Source: Williopsis jadinii (lineage: Eukaryota). From it: a stretch of 64,000 nucleotides of DNA. The stretch lies in the NCBI GenBank assembly GCA_024346625.1, contig AP024664.1, forward strand, positions 1,302,001 through 1,366,000, written 5' to 3'. Both the position numbers and the translations under genes were made by a program. The notes beneath the pieces were generated by a model. The model worked only from the letters and a program-made list of their open reading frames with translations, ran no database searches and was not told where the DNA came from. Each line of letters starts with the position of its first letter. Position 1 is the stretch's first letter. This document shows positions 45,291 through 58,039 of the stretch, piece after piece.

Positions 45291-45385
45291 ATGCTGGACA
45301 GGCCTGTTATCATGAAGTTATTTAACACTAGAAACTGATGTGGTTCAATAGCTGTGGTTTTTACAAGATTTCATTAATAAATATA

Positions 45386-46573
45386 TTAGCAACACTTCCT
45401 CGATGGACCGTTCAAGAGCGAACTAATGCTGATATTATGCTGTGAAGTTTGGGGAGATGGCGACAACTTTCCCATACCCTCCCTTGTCTCTTTAGCAGGA
45501 ACTGCTTGTTGAATCGGTGGTGATAAGGGTGGCAACGGAGCTGTTGAGGAAGATTTAGGAATTGTGCCCTTAATCTCAAAAGATGCAGTAGTTGTTGGTG
45601 TCTGTGATTGTGATGAATATTGGCGGGCAAACATAGCCGTGAAGTCCACAGCAGCTGGTGGATTGCGTGTTGATGACTGTTGATGCGAGCTTTGAAACAT
45701 ACGAAGTGGTGGTAGTGTAATATGTCCCTCACCAGATGGCTGTCCTTGTATAGGTGGCGGTAGAGGTAGAGTGTTATGCTGGCCAACCTCTACAGTTTGC
45801 TGAGGTGTTGGACTCGACACATTTGGAGACGCTGTTCCTGAACCGGCTTCAGTCTTGAGCTTCTTCGCATCACCAATGCTGTGGCCGTGTACATTGCGCC
45901 TTCTTCTCTTGATGATGCCTCTCTTCAGCTTTGAAGGCCTATACGAGCCGTGAAGTCTATAGTACAATCCACAGGCGTTGCATATGGTATCCCCGTTATC
46001 ATCACGTCTCCACAGCGGTGTCACTGTGGTGCCACAGTTCGAACAGGCAATAGCAACGTTCTCCAGGTGCTCTGTACCGATAACGTCACCAACCTCAACT
46101 TTTGGCTTCGGCTTTGACGAAGAAGATGCGGTGTTCTCTGTCTTAGAACCAGGTGATCCCGATGCATCGTTTCTAGCATCAGAGGTGTTTCTCGAATGAG
46201 ATGTTATAACCACTCTGTTATTGAAAGCGGGACAGCCCTCACACGCCGATGAACCCCCTGTTCCGTTACAGCGCCCATCACCTTTACAGGAGCCCTTGTG
46301 CAAATCTTTGGAATCCACGGTGACAACGTGTGGAGGTCTTTTCAAGTTTATCGGTCTATGACAATTGTTTGCTCTGTAATACAACCCACATGCGTTACAT
46401 ATGAGTGACCCATCAGGTGCTCTTCTCCATAGAGGAGTCTTTGTAGTCCCACAGTTCGAGCATACCTGGGCCTGTGGCGGCGATAGCGTGGTGTTGTTCT
46501 TGGGCGATGGCAGTGATTGATCTGAAGCTTGAGGCGACGGCGAGCCCTTTGGTGTGCTTTCGGGCGACGGCAT
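45386..46573 (-). CDS. SFU1: Iron-responsive GATA repressor (Sfu1/Fep1/SreA type)
   Basis: Two GATA fingers ([42 protein letters not shown]) flanking Cys-rich [23 protein letters not shown]-terminal SISSLLN; first ATG at 46573. Confidence 0.92.
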   Translation of the reverse strand: MPSPESTPKGSPSPQASDQSLPSPKNNTTLSPPQAQVCSNCGTTKTPLWRRAPDGSLICNACGLYYRANNCHRPINLKRPPHVVTVDSKDLHKGSCKGDGRCNGTGGSSACEGCPAFNNRVVITSHSRNTSDARNDASGSPGSKTENTASSSSKPKPKVEVGDVIGTEHLENVAIACSNCGTTVTPLWRRDDNGDTICNACGLYYRLHGSYRPSKLKRGIIKRRRRNVHGHSIGDAKKLKTEAGSGTASPNVSSPTPQQTVEVGQHNTLPLPPPIQGQPSGEGHITLPPLRMFQSSHQQSSTRNPPAAVDFTAMFARQYSSQSQTPTTTASFEIKGTIPKSSSTAPLPPLSPPIQQAVPAKETREGMGKLSPSPQTSQHNISISSLLNGPSRKCC

Positions 46574-48787
46574 CGTGATGGCTGTTGTGTGTGCGATATT
46601 GCTCGTAATGGTGGGCACTGGGTGAGCTTCTATTCCTGTATGCTCCGTGCGCAAGTATATATGAGTGTGCTGACGTTGAAGAGTATGCCCGGCTGGTCAA
46701 TATGGAACGAGGCACCTCTCTTAGTGTGAACAGCAGAACCCTGGTCAAGACAAAACAGGAAACAGGCAAAATGGATGAAATCACAGATCTAAGTGCTCGA
46801 GCAGATTAGAGGCACTTTTTATGTGTAGAAGTAGGTAGCAGCTGTGGTCACTGACGGTGTGCGTATGTGCTTTCTCCCTCGACTAGTGTAGTGTTCCTTC
46901 TGGGGCTAAGTATCTCCTGCGGGTATAAACGACGGAGGAAACCAACACCTTGTGTGTGAATCTATGTACAGGGCAGTAATTTGACCTGTGTGGGATATGG
47001 GATGGTCTCTTCTGGATGAGACGTCTCAGACCGTGTGCTAATTGGGAGCCAGAATACCTGATCAAGAAGTGGGAATGAGAAAGAGAAAGAGAGAGCAAAA
47101 AAGAAAAGAAAAGTAGATGAACGTAGACGTGCAGTCTGTGCAGTGTTTCCAAAGCTGTTTGGAATGAATCTCCTTTCCCCGAGAAATTCTCAGCTAATCA
47201 AATCGAATCAAAACTTTTAAATAATTAGTGTCGTTTCTGCCGTGCCAGAACTAGAACTAGAACCGCTTATGTACACAGTGTGTATTCCGTCAGCCTTGGA
47301 GAGGGCGAATTTGGTGTTATTTGAGGAAGAAGAAAAAGAAATTGATTATGACCGGAATGGTAGATATGAAGCATCTAAACGCTTGGAGTCTACAACGGGT
47401 ATGGACAGTCTGGCCCCCAATTGAGGAGGCTATGCCAATGCTACTGTGCAAACGTCATCACAGCAACCCCAAAGCATATTTTGTATTTCAACTGATGGTG
47501 GCCAGTCGAGCGCGACTGACTAGCCGATGATCGAAACAGCTACGTAAAGTGCGAAGTTGTTCACGGAATTGTCTCACCATGGCCAGACTAACATATGGTC
47601 ATGGCCATGGACATGGGCCATGGACATGGACCACGCACGGTGCAACCATTCGCTTGTCTTGCATGCTCATGGTCGTGCATCGGTAGCGTGGCCTTATCTC
47701 GAGCGCGAAATGTATGGGAAAAGTGCAGAGCCAACGGTTTATGCCATAGGACAGCAAGTCGATTGGCCAATGAGAAGCGTTCTAATTGTCAGCATGTTGA
47801 TCTGAAAAGGAGAGGAACAAAAAATAAAATCGCAATTGACGCGTAAGGTTGAACGATCAGAGCGTCAATTTCATGGGCCTTGATGGGTCATATCGCCGAG
47901 CGTATCTCCTTGCTACTGCTTTCTTTTAATGTCCGTAAAATTAAATCTTGTAAGTCAACGTTATAGCATTGTTTAGATTTATCGCACTGATGATACTAGA
48001 ATGACCTGACTAAATGTGGAGACCTTAGTACCAGCTGATATCAAACCGCATGAAGAAGGCGGCAAAATTGGGTGTAAAAATATGGAGCCAATCAACAAGT
48101 ATGAAAACACCTTGTTTTTTTTTTCGTATCACATGTGAGATGTTTTAGCCTTGTGGCCACATAATCAACTTGGGTGTCAGAAGCTTGTTGCTGTGGTTTT
48201 GTTTGCGACTGAACACTTTTTACACCCGAAAAGGTGTCTTCGTGGTGAGACATTACCGCTTGAGGGAAAAACGCACGATTTCTCCGTGATAGCATGCCCG
48301 TGCATGCCAGTGCACCCAACAACTTAGTAAAAAGCGAAATTTCATTGGCCAGTTGGTCCAAGATCTTTGCTTGACAGATTTCCACACTCCCATAGTTAAG
48401 GTACAGTGCTCTCATAGTTAAGGATTTCGGGGTGTTTCTGGGTGTTTCTGGGTGTCAAGTTGCATGAACATGCCAACTTCATTGGTTAGTGGGATTGTTG
48501 GCTCAGGGGTAATTGAATAACGGGGGTCCAATTAGAATCCTGTTAGAGTAAGCTGACTAGTGCTGTCTTCCGTATGCACCCGTAGTCTTCGGGTTTGTCT
48601 GGAGGTAACGCTTTTAACACCCTCATACCTTGTTTAGCTTCACGAAGGAACATGGCTTGCGCTATGCAAAAATGAACCGTGGATCACACTGTGTTATAGA
48701 ACGCAACTGAGCACTCTACACAGAATTGATTCATAATATTATTCATTAAGTTTAGGTACGTGTGCCCTATGTCTATCGCTACCTGTA

Positions 48788-49714
48788 TTAGTCACCCGTG
48801 AGGTCTATCACATCGAGTTGGCCTATAGTTTTCTCGGTGTTAGTCCGTTCTGTACCGCCGGCCAGGTCTTCATCAGAGCTCGCACTCAACTCTATAACGC
48901 TGTCTGTGTGCTTTCCAGGAGAGTTGATGAAATGGCCCTCTCTCACCTCTATTATATCCAAGTCTTCGTCCTTTGGGAAACTCTCAGGATCGGTTTCATG
49001 ACACCATTTCGAATCTTCGTACCTCTTTATCGCCGCTTGTCGGATCAGCTCCTCTATAGGCACGCCCTTCTTTGCAACCCCACCAAGTCTGTTCACGCCA
49101 CCTTTTATACGTGGTTCCAACTTCTTCAATCTTGCCTCATGCACATTCAGTCCTGTTCTTCCCCCAAGTTGGTCGCCAGTACCGCCAAACTTCACGTTTT
49201 TCATCCGTAGTTCAAACATCTTCTCCCTCAGCTGGTCCATCCTTTCATAGAATTTCACATCATGTGCTCCATGTGAGTTATGTGCCAGTTCATGGATCAT
49301 TGTCTCTACAATCTCTTCTGTTGGTAAGAAGGAACGCTCGTCGTAGGCTGGACGAAGCCTGAGTGAGATCTTGTATCCGTAGTTAACGTTTAACCCCAAG
49401 AGATTAGGGTTTGTAGGGAACATTTCACATAGAAATCCAACAGAAAGACGGAAATGCTCCATTAGAGGCCCAACGGTATTCGCAACTTCATACAAGATAT
49501 TAAGCGCTTCCTGTTGAAGTGGCCGTCTCTTCAAAGCCGCGATGTTTGAAATCTTTTGATTCGTAGACTTGGGTATAGTGACATTTGGCGTTTTCCTGTT
49601 GAGAGCTCTGTGAGTCTCTCCGCGTGCCCCACTTAAGCTTCTGCCTGATACCCTACTTCGAGCGCTCTTTGAAGAAGTCGCCTTTCCTCGTCCTCTACCT
49701 ACTCGAGGTCTCAT
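48788..49714 (-). CDS. WSS1: WLM-domain metalloprotease Wss1
   Basis: LLGLNVNYGYKISLRLRP, TMIHELAHN..GAHD..FY, C-terminal SIM-like VIDLT. Confidence 0.92.
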   Translation of the reverse strand: MRPRVGRGRGKATSSKSARSRVSGRSLSGARGETHRALNRKTPNVTIPKSTNQKISNIAALKRRPLQQEALNILYEVANTVGPLMEHFRLSVGFLCEMFPTNPNLLGLNVNYGYKISLRLRPAYDERSFLPTEEIVETMIHELAHNSHGAHDVKFYERMDQLREKMFELRMKNVKFGGTGDQLGGRTGLNVHEARLKKLEPRIKGGVNRLGGVAKKGVPIEELIRQAAIKRYEDSKWCHETDPESFPKDEDLDIIEVREGHFINSPGKHTDSVIELSASSDEDLAGGTERTNTEKTIGQLDVIDLTGD

Positions 49715-50640
49715 CCCCCGCTGGTTGAATCAATTCCCAACTTCGCTATTTTGGTGTTATGATCTCACGGTAGGCTTTGTGAATCTTCGCGGTTTTTCAC
49801 ATCCAAAACACGAAACTTAACAAGCCTCCGTTTACACCTCATTACAAAAGCATGTTCATCGATTGGTTACTCCAGTACTAATCCAGATGATCCACCTCGA
49901 CCTTCCGATGAAGATTCATCCGACAGCTTCAACCGCTTCTGTCTATGTGCCTGCAGTATAACCTCACAAGGTTTGCAAACTTGTTACCTGTAGCATAGTA
50001 CCACTGGTGTATAACTTACAGCTCTAACACGATTATCCCAGTAAATGAATCAGCATCAGGTGTACCATAGATCTTGGGTTAGGTAAGTTAATAGCACGGA
50101 CATATACAATCCATATTACACTTCGAGGTCACTCTACCATTCTAATCATTATGGAGGGAAATTTCGGAGATTTCGCACCCTGATCCTTGTTCACGCTTCT
50201 GGCTTTCGCAAAACACAACCTTACAAGGCAATTATCATGCTATTATGATGCCCACCCTTTACACCCTAAAACACCTGCGTCTGAATTTGTATGGCGAAAG
50301 TTGTTAAAATAGCATGTTTTCGGGGTGTTAGGTGTTTTTGGGCCCGAGGCCGTATTTTGGGGTTTCAGCTGAAGTGAACAGGTGGCTACACCCTGCTGTA
50401 AAGAGAAGGTGTCAAGTTATGCATGCTTACTCTCTCCGATAACTGAAGACCCACCCCCTCATTGGCTTGATACGCACCTCTATGGTTCCACCTTTCACAT
50501 TGCTACAGTACTGGTAGTGCTTGTGGTTATGGGTTTCATAGCCAAAGCCCCATGATTTCACGACACTTGAGTAGAATAGGTACTTTGGTCTGATAAATGT
50601 GAATGTATATGTATTTGGAAAATCACTAACTAAAGCATGG

Positions 50641-52143
50641 CTAATTCTCTGGAAGAGGACGCTTGACATCACCCATGTCATTGAGCTCGTATTGGCCTGA
50701 TGTGCTTCCGTCAGCACTGGAGTTCAGCTCGTCGCCATTGAAATACTCCACTTTTGGGTGTTCTGGACCGATCGCCATAGCCAGCAATGGGTCAGCACAC
50801 TCTGCGAGGTCGTAGAGATCAAGACCCATTTCCTCAGCTTCTTCACTGACTCTCATCTTCAAACCTGGGATGTAATTGATGATGTAACAAAGGGCAACTG
50901 TTCCCACACTGGACCAGCCAACAATAGCACAGATAGCAGCAAGTTGGTAACCCATCTGCTTCCAGTGATGGAAGATCCAACCACCTTCAATCACTGTGTA
51001 GCCATCAAGACCGGCAATGTAAGGGGAAGCAAAGACACCAACAACGATACCACCGACGATACCGCCAATACCATGCACGTTAAAGGACTGTGAAGAGTCG
51101 TCGATACCGATCCAGCGGTTGACGTTGTGGGTCAAACGACAGCAAATAGCGGTGAACATTGCACCTACAGCACATGCCCAAGGTTCCAAATAACCACAAG
51201 CTGGAGTGACAAACACCAAGCCGACAATGAGACCTTCTGCGGCCATTGTCAATGACCACTTCTTTGTGAAGAGGTAGTCCATGATACAGTACGTGGACAT
51301 TGCAAAACCAGCGGCAATTTGAGTGTTAGCCATAATCATGGCAGTTCTTGGAGTAGTAACTGTAGTCAAAGTACCAGAGTTGAAGAACAACCAAGGGAAA
51401 TAAATAAGCAAGGAACCAATGAACGTCATCACCGGAGAGTATGGTTTGTATTTCAATGTTTTCTCTTTCCAGCCTTGTCTTGGACCAAGGAACCAAGAGT
51501 AACACAAGGATGCAACACCAGAGGAGATATGGACTGGACCACCACCTGCAAAGTCCAAATCACCCAAGTTGTATAACCATCCGTTTGGATCCCAGACCCA
51601 GTAAGCAAATGGACAATAACAAAGTGTAGCCCAAAGGAACGCAAGCACCAAGGATGGAAGCAATCTACCTCTCTCACCAATGGCACCGAGGAAAATTTGT
51701 ACTGTACACACAGCAAAGAATATCGTGAAGCAGAAAGTTTGGATAGCAGGGATGGTACCACCTTCGTACAGAGGACCTGCATCAACGTTAGACAAAGCAC
51801 CATATCTAAAGTTACCGTATATGGAAGAGCTGGACGTTTCAGAGCAAGCAAGAGAGAACCCAAAGAAGAACCACTGTGCAGTGATGACTGCAGTGGTCAG
51901 ATAGGATTGGATGATCAACGTCATGAAGTTTTTACCACGCATGGAACCACCGTAGAAGAGGGCGATACCTGGGGTGATAGCAACAATACCAACAGTTGCA
52001 CAGGCCACATAGGCCATGTCAGCTGGAGACAGGGTGCTGATCAAGAGGAGGCTTTTGTAAGTACATATGACTTGAATGGTGTGTCGAAACCGAGGGAGAG
52101 ATACTTACCTCACCTTGTTTTCGAAGTCTACTACAGCAGACAT
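50641..52143 (-). CDS. Ammonium transporter (Amt/Mep family, divergent paralog); intron 52037-52108
   Basis: Exon 1 MSAVVDFENKV(S), GTAAGT...CAG intron, in-frame join to TLSPADM; PGIALFYGG, GAIGERGR, DFAGGGPVHISSG, IDDS..FNVHGIGG. Confidence 0.92.
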
Positions 52144-54717
52144 GTTCTTGATTTGGTGTTAAAGATTACACCTTCGATGACATTTCTTGAACATGATCTT
52201 CCCCAGCTCTTTAAATAGTTGAATTGCAGATCATGTTCTGTTCTGTTCGAACGTGTTGAGGTGGTGAATCCTCGAGCTATCTGCAGATAACAACGACTGA
52301 TGCCAAGAGAAGTGTGATCATTACTTGCCCCGTACAGCAGTATAATCGACAAATGATAGAATTTAATAAACCAATTTCACAGATCAGTGGTCTGGAAAGC
52401 CAAGACAATAAAACCTGATGTGGTCTGAACTAGAGGGGACTTTCATCACCCGGGCGATAGTGGGTAAGATGTTGTGATTAAGGCCATGCCAACAGTCTAA
52501 GAAGAGACTAAGAAGCCGAACGCATTAGACCCTTATGTATTGTACGTATTCCAATCTATGTTATTGATGTTTTGCGTGTTTACATGACGCTGTTATTTGA
52601 CACATTAATCTTCACGGCTGGCACTCAACAGGACAAACTGATGAGCTCTAACAGAAATCAGGACCCTTAACGCTTCTTCCTTCGCTCAGTTAATTCCCTC
52701 TATATATTGTAGATGCCGATAGTACAGCACTCCCCTTCTATGAGACCGTTCCAAGTCCTCATGGATCCTGATTAGCGGTACGCTATACCTGCAGCCTTAG
52801 TTGCTAGTCCCTACAGTTAGTCTCTTGAGTCTCCTGGAACCCTGATAATGGAATCATGGTACCACATCGAGAGCTCGAAGTTTATTTTTGGACCCTTTTT
52901 CCATATCTTCGAAGTTAACACGCTGTTGGTCAACAAAATCCTTAGTCCCAAAATCACTGACCAATGTCTGTGCAGCTTGATAAGATAACGGGTAACGTGC
53001 GGACTTGATTTTCTCGCTCTAGGCCATGGCCATGGCCGTAACGCTGACAAGGAACCCGCTCTTGAAATCTTATCAAAGATTCCCGCGGATATCAGCATCG
53101 TGCATAAATCCTGGACAGGTTGACCTAAACTGGAATCGACACCCAGTTTCTGGTAAGGAGGCACACCTATTGGAGTATAAGTAGGTAATGTTTCCCTTAC
53201 TGCTCAACCCCGCGGTGATCAACTGCACCAAGATTGGCAATAATTATGAAAATCGCTTTAGGTCTGAAATCTAAAGGCCGTTTGCCTTTTGCAAGACTCC
53301 AGCGGCCCGTGGGTCGTCAGCTAGTAGGTGATTTCTTGTACTATACGTAGTTATTCCAGATATGCACTATCAGAACCATCTCACGTAGATTACACGCATT
53401 GCGACTCAGCACATGGAAGGAGTTTTGGAGACTATGTTGCTCTTGGTCACATCTTGAAATAATTGTCATTATCATTCTGATTCGTCAATACTTCATCGCC
53501 ATTCACAGGGCCTGTGTGTTCTCTGTTGGGCGTTAGTCCTCGATGCAGGTCACTTCTGTGTCCAGTAGCAACGGTTCATTCACATGATTGTGTCATTAAG
53601 TGATTGCCTAATCACTGATTAACTGACTCACTGATAACCAGGTCTGATTCCTAGGAATGACATAGTTTGGTCAGTGATGCAGTGTCCGTCCGTGAATCGC
53701 TTTGGCGGGTGGAGGTTCGGCTATGGCCATTTGCACTCGAAATCTCTCGGTTGATCTAATCGGGTGATTGACTATCTATCACTTGGGGTAATCATAACAT
53801 TATCAGCCAGATTAGTGATAATGGTTCGTGATGGGGCCATTTCTGCGCTTATGAAATGGCATTAATCACTAAATGGCCCTAGCTCAGTAAAGGTGTGGAT
53901 CGTGATAAATGGAAAATGCGTCAGTCTCTTTATCGATTCTCCTTTAATGCAAATCACTTCTCGATATAGCTCTAAACTCCATTATCAAAGTTAATACGCT
54001 ATCTAATCCATTTGTGTGTAATAATCTTCATCACCTTTGAATTGAACGTTGCAGTTTCTCAATTGGGCAAGGCTCTCCTGCTCCGCTGTCATCTTCAATT
54101 CCAAGTCCCTCCAACTTCCCACTATGCTACAGCTCTCTTCTAATTGGCATCTTATATGCCTCTTACATGCCCCATAACTTCTCAGTATCTTTTCAGGTAT
54201 CTAACCAAACAGAACATACTTAATGGTATATCTAATTTATCTAATCCACTGAGGAAGGTGCTTGAGAACACATAGAAAGGAACAATGAGGCTATATCAAC
54301 ACTTTATAATGTCTCTTCCTGGTGGACCTTTCAACATGTCTTAGTGGATGCAAAGTGGAACTCAGTCTAACTCAACCATGAACCTCACAAGGTATGCTAT
54401 AATACAGTTTGAAGACTCACTGTACGTACAACAGCTAGCTTGCCTATACAATGAAATCTCGTGAAAGCACCATCCTATGATGTATTACATCAAGGGACTT
54501 CCATGTAAGCATTCCAAAGTGTTACACCTCGAATGAATATATGGTTCAAGAGGACGACTAAGAAAGGTGGTAATGGCTCTATTGTCCATAACTCACACTA
54601 TTTACGCTTACAAGAACTATGAAACAGTGTTGAGCTGGTGATCTCTCAAGGATTATTGCTTAGCGTCTCACACATAGGAGAAACATTAGCTGTATACATT
54701 CTATTTGAGACTTAGAG

Positions 54718-56166
54718 TCAAAAAGTCCCAGGGAACTTGAAATAGCCTGCCTTCTCTAACTCTTCTATGGTATTTGCCCTTTTATGTGTTTCAGATAAAT
54801 ACTTGATGTATGCCTCCTTTAATGGCTTTATATTTGCTCTGACTTTACACTGTTCTGTATCCCATTCAACAGCTTGGTACCCCCTGTCTCCAGTAGCAGC
54901 TCTCGACTCAGCATTAAGATTGTTGGCATACTCAATATCTTTAGGATACTTTAGATCGTGGTGTGTTCTCTCATCACCTTCTGTTTCAGCGTTGGCCTTT
55001 TGCATGTCCTTCAGACTTGGTAGGCAAATCTCACCAGCCCAGACACGGGCCAACCAACACCCTTGAGACTCTGATATTCTTGTAGGCAGGACAAATCTTG
55101 GAAGACCAATGACGGCCAATGTTGGGTTCTTGATATAGATAAGGTGTCTGAACAAGTCGTGGATCTTTTGGCCGTCAGTGATCAAATGAGGGCTTTTAAG
55201 AAAGGGGATCGACTTCAGATAGCCAGTGCAGAAGATCACAGAATCAACCTTGTCAATTGATGAGCCATCCTTGAAGTAAACAGTCTTGTTCTCAGCGTCA
55301 AAGTGGTCCAGGTCGGGAACATCTTTGATCAAATCAGACTTACCAGCAGGAAGGGTATTCTCAGAACGAACAGATTTATAAATAGTTCTGTTTAGATATG
55401 AAGCCAATTGGAATGCAATATCTGCACCAGACGCAGAGTTACCAACAACAAGGATGTTGCGAGACTCCTTGAACTGGTCAGGTTCATCGTATGACTTTGC
55501 GTGAATAACTGAGCCTGGATACTTGGTATTCCAGTCTCTCAACCCTTCAACCTCGGGGATGAAAGGCTGGTCATAATTACCAACTGCAATGCACACAGCA
55601 TCATACTTCCCTGTCTTCACCTCACCAGTGATGGAACTTTGGGACGTCAGAGCCCACCCTTCTCCATCAGGGACGAGCTCAGTCACAGAAGTGTTGAACT
55701 GCACATAATCCTCAATGTCCTTCGAGTAACCTACAATGTACTTCAATATCTGTTCATGGGTTGGAAACAGCGCATCGTCTGCAGGGAACGGGTTGTCATT
55801 GTAAGCCATCAACGTCTTGGGGACGTTAGCATCAAGGAACTTGTACACAGGACTCTCATAGAACTCTTCAGATGACACCTTGACCTTCTCAATCACCCTA
55901 TTTGGATCAACACTTGGCACTGGCGAAGTTGGGTCGATCTGGGTCTTCAGTGGTGTGTAGTTCCAAAGTCCTCCAAGAGTTGGACGACGCTCAAAGACAT
56001 CAATCTTGGTGAACTTCTTCTCCGCCAATAATGCCTTAGTGATTGCAGCACCACAAGGTCCACTCCCAATCACAGCAATCTTGGAGATGTTTGGTAAGGC
56101 ATTGTTTGCACTGCCATGAGCATCGCTCTTGGAAAACACGATGGGACCATCTTGTGTCTCCGTCAT
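54718..56166 (-). CDS. FMO1: Flavin-containing monooxygenase (Fmo1-like), paralog A
   Basis: IAVIGSGPCG, GGLWNY, VIHAKSY, VVGNSASGADIA, VIFCTGY. Confidence 0.9.
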   Translation of the reverse strand: MTETQDGPIVFSKSDAHGSANNALPNISKIAVIGSGPCGAAITKALLAEKKFTKIDVFERRPTLGGLWNYTPLKTQIDPTSPVPSVDPNRVIEKVKVSSEEFYESPVYKFLDANVPKTLMAYNDNPFPADDALFPTHEQILKYIVGYSKDIEDYVQFNTSVTELVPDGEGWALTSQSSITGEVKTGKYDAVCIAVGNYDQPFIPEVEGLRDWNTKYPGSVIHAKSYDEPDQFKESRNILVVGNSASGADIAFQLASYLNRTIYKSVRSENTLPAGKSDLIKDVPDLDHFDAENKTVYFKDGSSIDKVDSVIFCTGYLKSIPFLKSPHLITDGQKIHDLFRHLIYIKNPTLAVIGLPRFVLPTRISESQGCWLARVWAGEICLPSLKDMQKANAETEGDERTHHDLKYPKDIEYANNLNAESRAATGDRGYQAVEWDTEQCKVRANIKPLKEAYIKYLSETHKRANTIEELEKAGYFKFPGTF

Positions 56167-56641
56167 TCTTATTAGCTCAATGGTTGTAAATAATATGGTC
56201 TTTGTCTATGAACGAGGTGTGATTCTTCTATTCTTCACGTCAACCTGCGCGCTAAGTTTCCTATTCTGGGAACGCAATGCGCCACAGCGTTTTCAATATC
56301 GGTGTTAACTCATATGAAGACAGATCAACGCTCACAAGAAGGCCTACTCGTCCAGACATCTCCGTGGGGCCTCTGGTGTCCTCTCGTGTCCTCTCGTGTC
56401 CTCTCTTGTAAGCCAACTCCCATCAACCACCCCGTAACTGTCCAAGTGTCGATCTTCAACGTGGTGGAGATCCTCCGATACGTGGCTAAGATCTGCTGGA
56501 TCAAGTGCTAAACACCGAGCATGCCCGTTACATACATAATCTGCTGTTAGATTCTATAGCTATTATTCTTTATTAATACAGGTATTGTGTTTTGAATATT
56601 CATGACCAATTGCTATCTTGTGATAGACGGGGGGTTGTTCT

Positions 56642-58039
56642 TCAAGCAGACACTTCCTGCTCCTTTGGGAAGCTGAAGTATCCGTCCTTCTCCAACTCTT
56701 CAATGCTTTGAGCTCTCTTGCCTGTCTCTGCGAAATGCTTAATGTATGCCTCCTTCAATGGCTTGATGTTGGCTCTGACTTTACACTGCTCGTCATCCCA
56801 TTCAACGGCTTGGTATCCTCTGTCGCCAGTGGCCTCTCTTGCTTGGGCGTTCAACATGTTAGAGTACTCAACATCCTTTGGATACATCAAATCGTGATGA
56901 GTTCTCTCGTGGCCTTCCAGGGAATCACAAGCGTTCTGCATCTCTTCAGCACTTGGCAATGCGATCTCTCCTGCCCATACACGAGCAAGCCAGCATCCTT
57001 GGGACTCAGAAAGACGTGTTGGAAGGACAAAACGAGGAAGACCAATGACTGCCAAAGTAGGGTTCTTGGTGTACAGAAGATGGTTGTAGAGATCGTTAAC
57101 CTTGTGGCCTGTTGTCACGAGCTTTGGGTTCTCGAGGAATGGGATAGATTTCAAATAACCAGTGCAGAAAATGACACTGTCGACATCTTCAATGAAAGAG
57201 CCATCCTTGAAGTGGACTGTCTTGGTTTCACTGTCAAACTTCGCAAGATCTGGAACATCGTGCACAAGATCGGATTGACCAGCAGGGAGCACATTTTGGG
57301 AACGGATGGATTTATAGATCACCTTGTTCAACTTGGTTGCAAGTTGGTATGCGATATCAGCACCTGATGCAGAGTTACCCACAACAAGGATGTTTCTTGA
57401 GTTCTTGAACTGCAGTGGTTCATCGTATGATTTGGAATGCAAAATGGAAGTTGGGAACTTCTCGTGCCATTGTGCCAGACCCTCCACGTCTGGAATGAAT
57501 GGCTGTTCGTAATGACCAACTGCAATACAGACAGCATCGTAAATGTTGGTTTCAAGTTGGTCGCTTACTGAGTCGAGTGATGTGACTGCCCATTTATCAT
57601 CAACTGGAGTAACTTTGGTCACACTAGTGTTAAACTTCACACGGTCTTCGATACCCTTTGAGTAATCCACAATATAATCCAAGATCTGGCTATGAGTTGG
57701 AAACAATGGAGTGTCCTTTGGGAAAGGGTAATTGTTGTAGGCCATCAACGTCTTTGGAACATTGGCATCTAAGAATTTGTAAACTGGACTCTCATAGAAC
57801 TCGCTATTATCAACTTTACGCTTTTCAATGACTCTGTAAGGATCCATACTTGGAACAGACGTTGCACTGGTTGCAGATCTCTTCAGCGGAGTGTAGTTCC
57901 AAAGTCCACCGAAATGAGGACGACGCTCAAACACATCAATCTTGGTGAACTTCTTCTCGGCAAGCAGGGCCTTTGTGAGACCAGCACCACAAGGACCACC
58001 ACCTATAACTGCTATGGAGGAAATATTTGGCAAACGCAT
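56642..58039 (-). CDS. FMO1: Flavin-containing monooxygenase (Fmo1-like), paralog B
   Basis: Same motifs as the neighbour; first ATG MRLPNISSIAVIGGGPCG at 58039. Confidence 0.9.
   Translation of the reverse strand: MRLPNISSIAVIGGGPCGAGLTKALLAEKKFTKIDVFERRPHFGGLWNYTPLKRSATSATSVPSMDPYRVIEKRKVDNSEFYESPVYKFLDANVPKTLMAYNNYPFPKDTPLFPTHSQILDYIVDYSKGIEDRVKFNTSVTKVTPVDDKWAVTSLDSVSDQLETNIYDAVCIAVGHYEQPFIPDVEGLAQWHEKFPTSILHSKSYDEPLQFKNSRNILVVGNSASGADIAYQLATKLNKVIYKSIRSQNVLPAGQSDLVHDVPDLAKFDSETKTVHFKDGSFIEDVDSVIFCTGYLKSIPFLENPKLVTTGHKVNDLYNHLLYTKNPTLAVIGLPRFVLPTRLSESQGCWLARVWAGEIALPSAEEMQNACDSLEGHERTHHDLMYPKDVEYSNMLNAQAREATGDRGYQAVEWDDEQCKVRANIKPLKEAYIKHFAETGKRAQSIEELEKDGYFSFPKEQEVSA

Noticed and set aside
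47594..47631. CATGG(A/C)C short repeats upstream of SFU1
   Set aside because: Low-complexity degenerate microsatellite without spacer structure; not CRISPR-like
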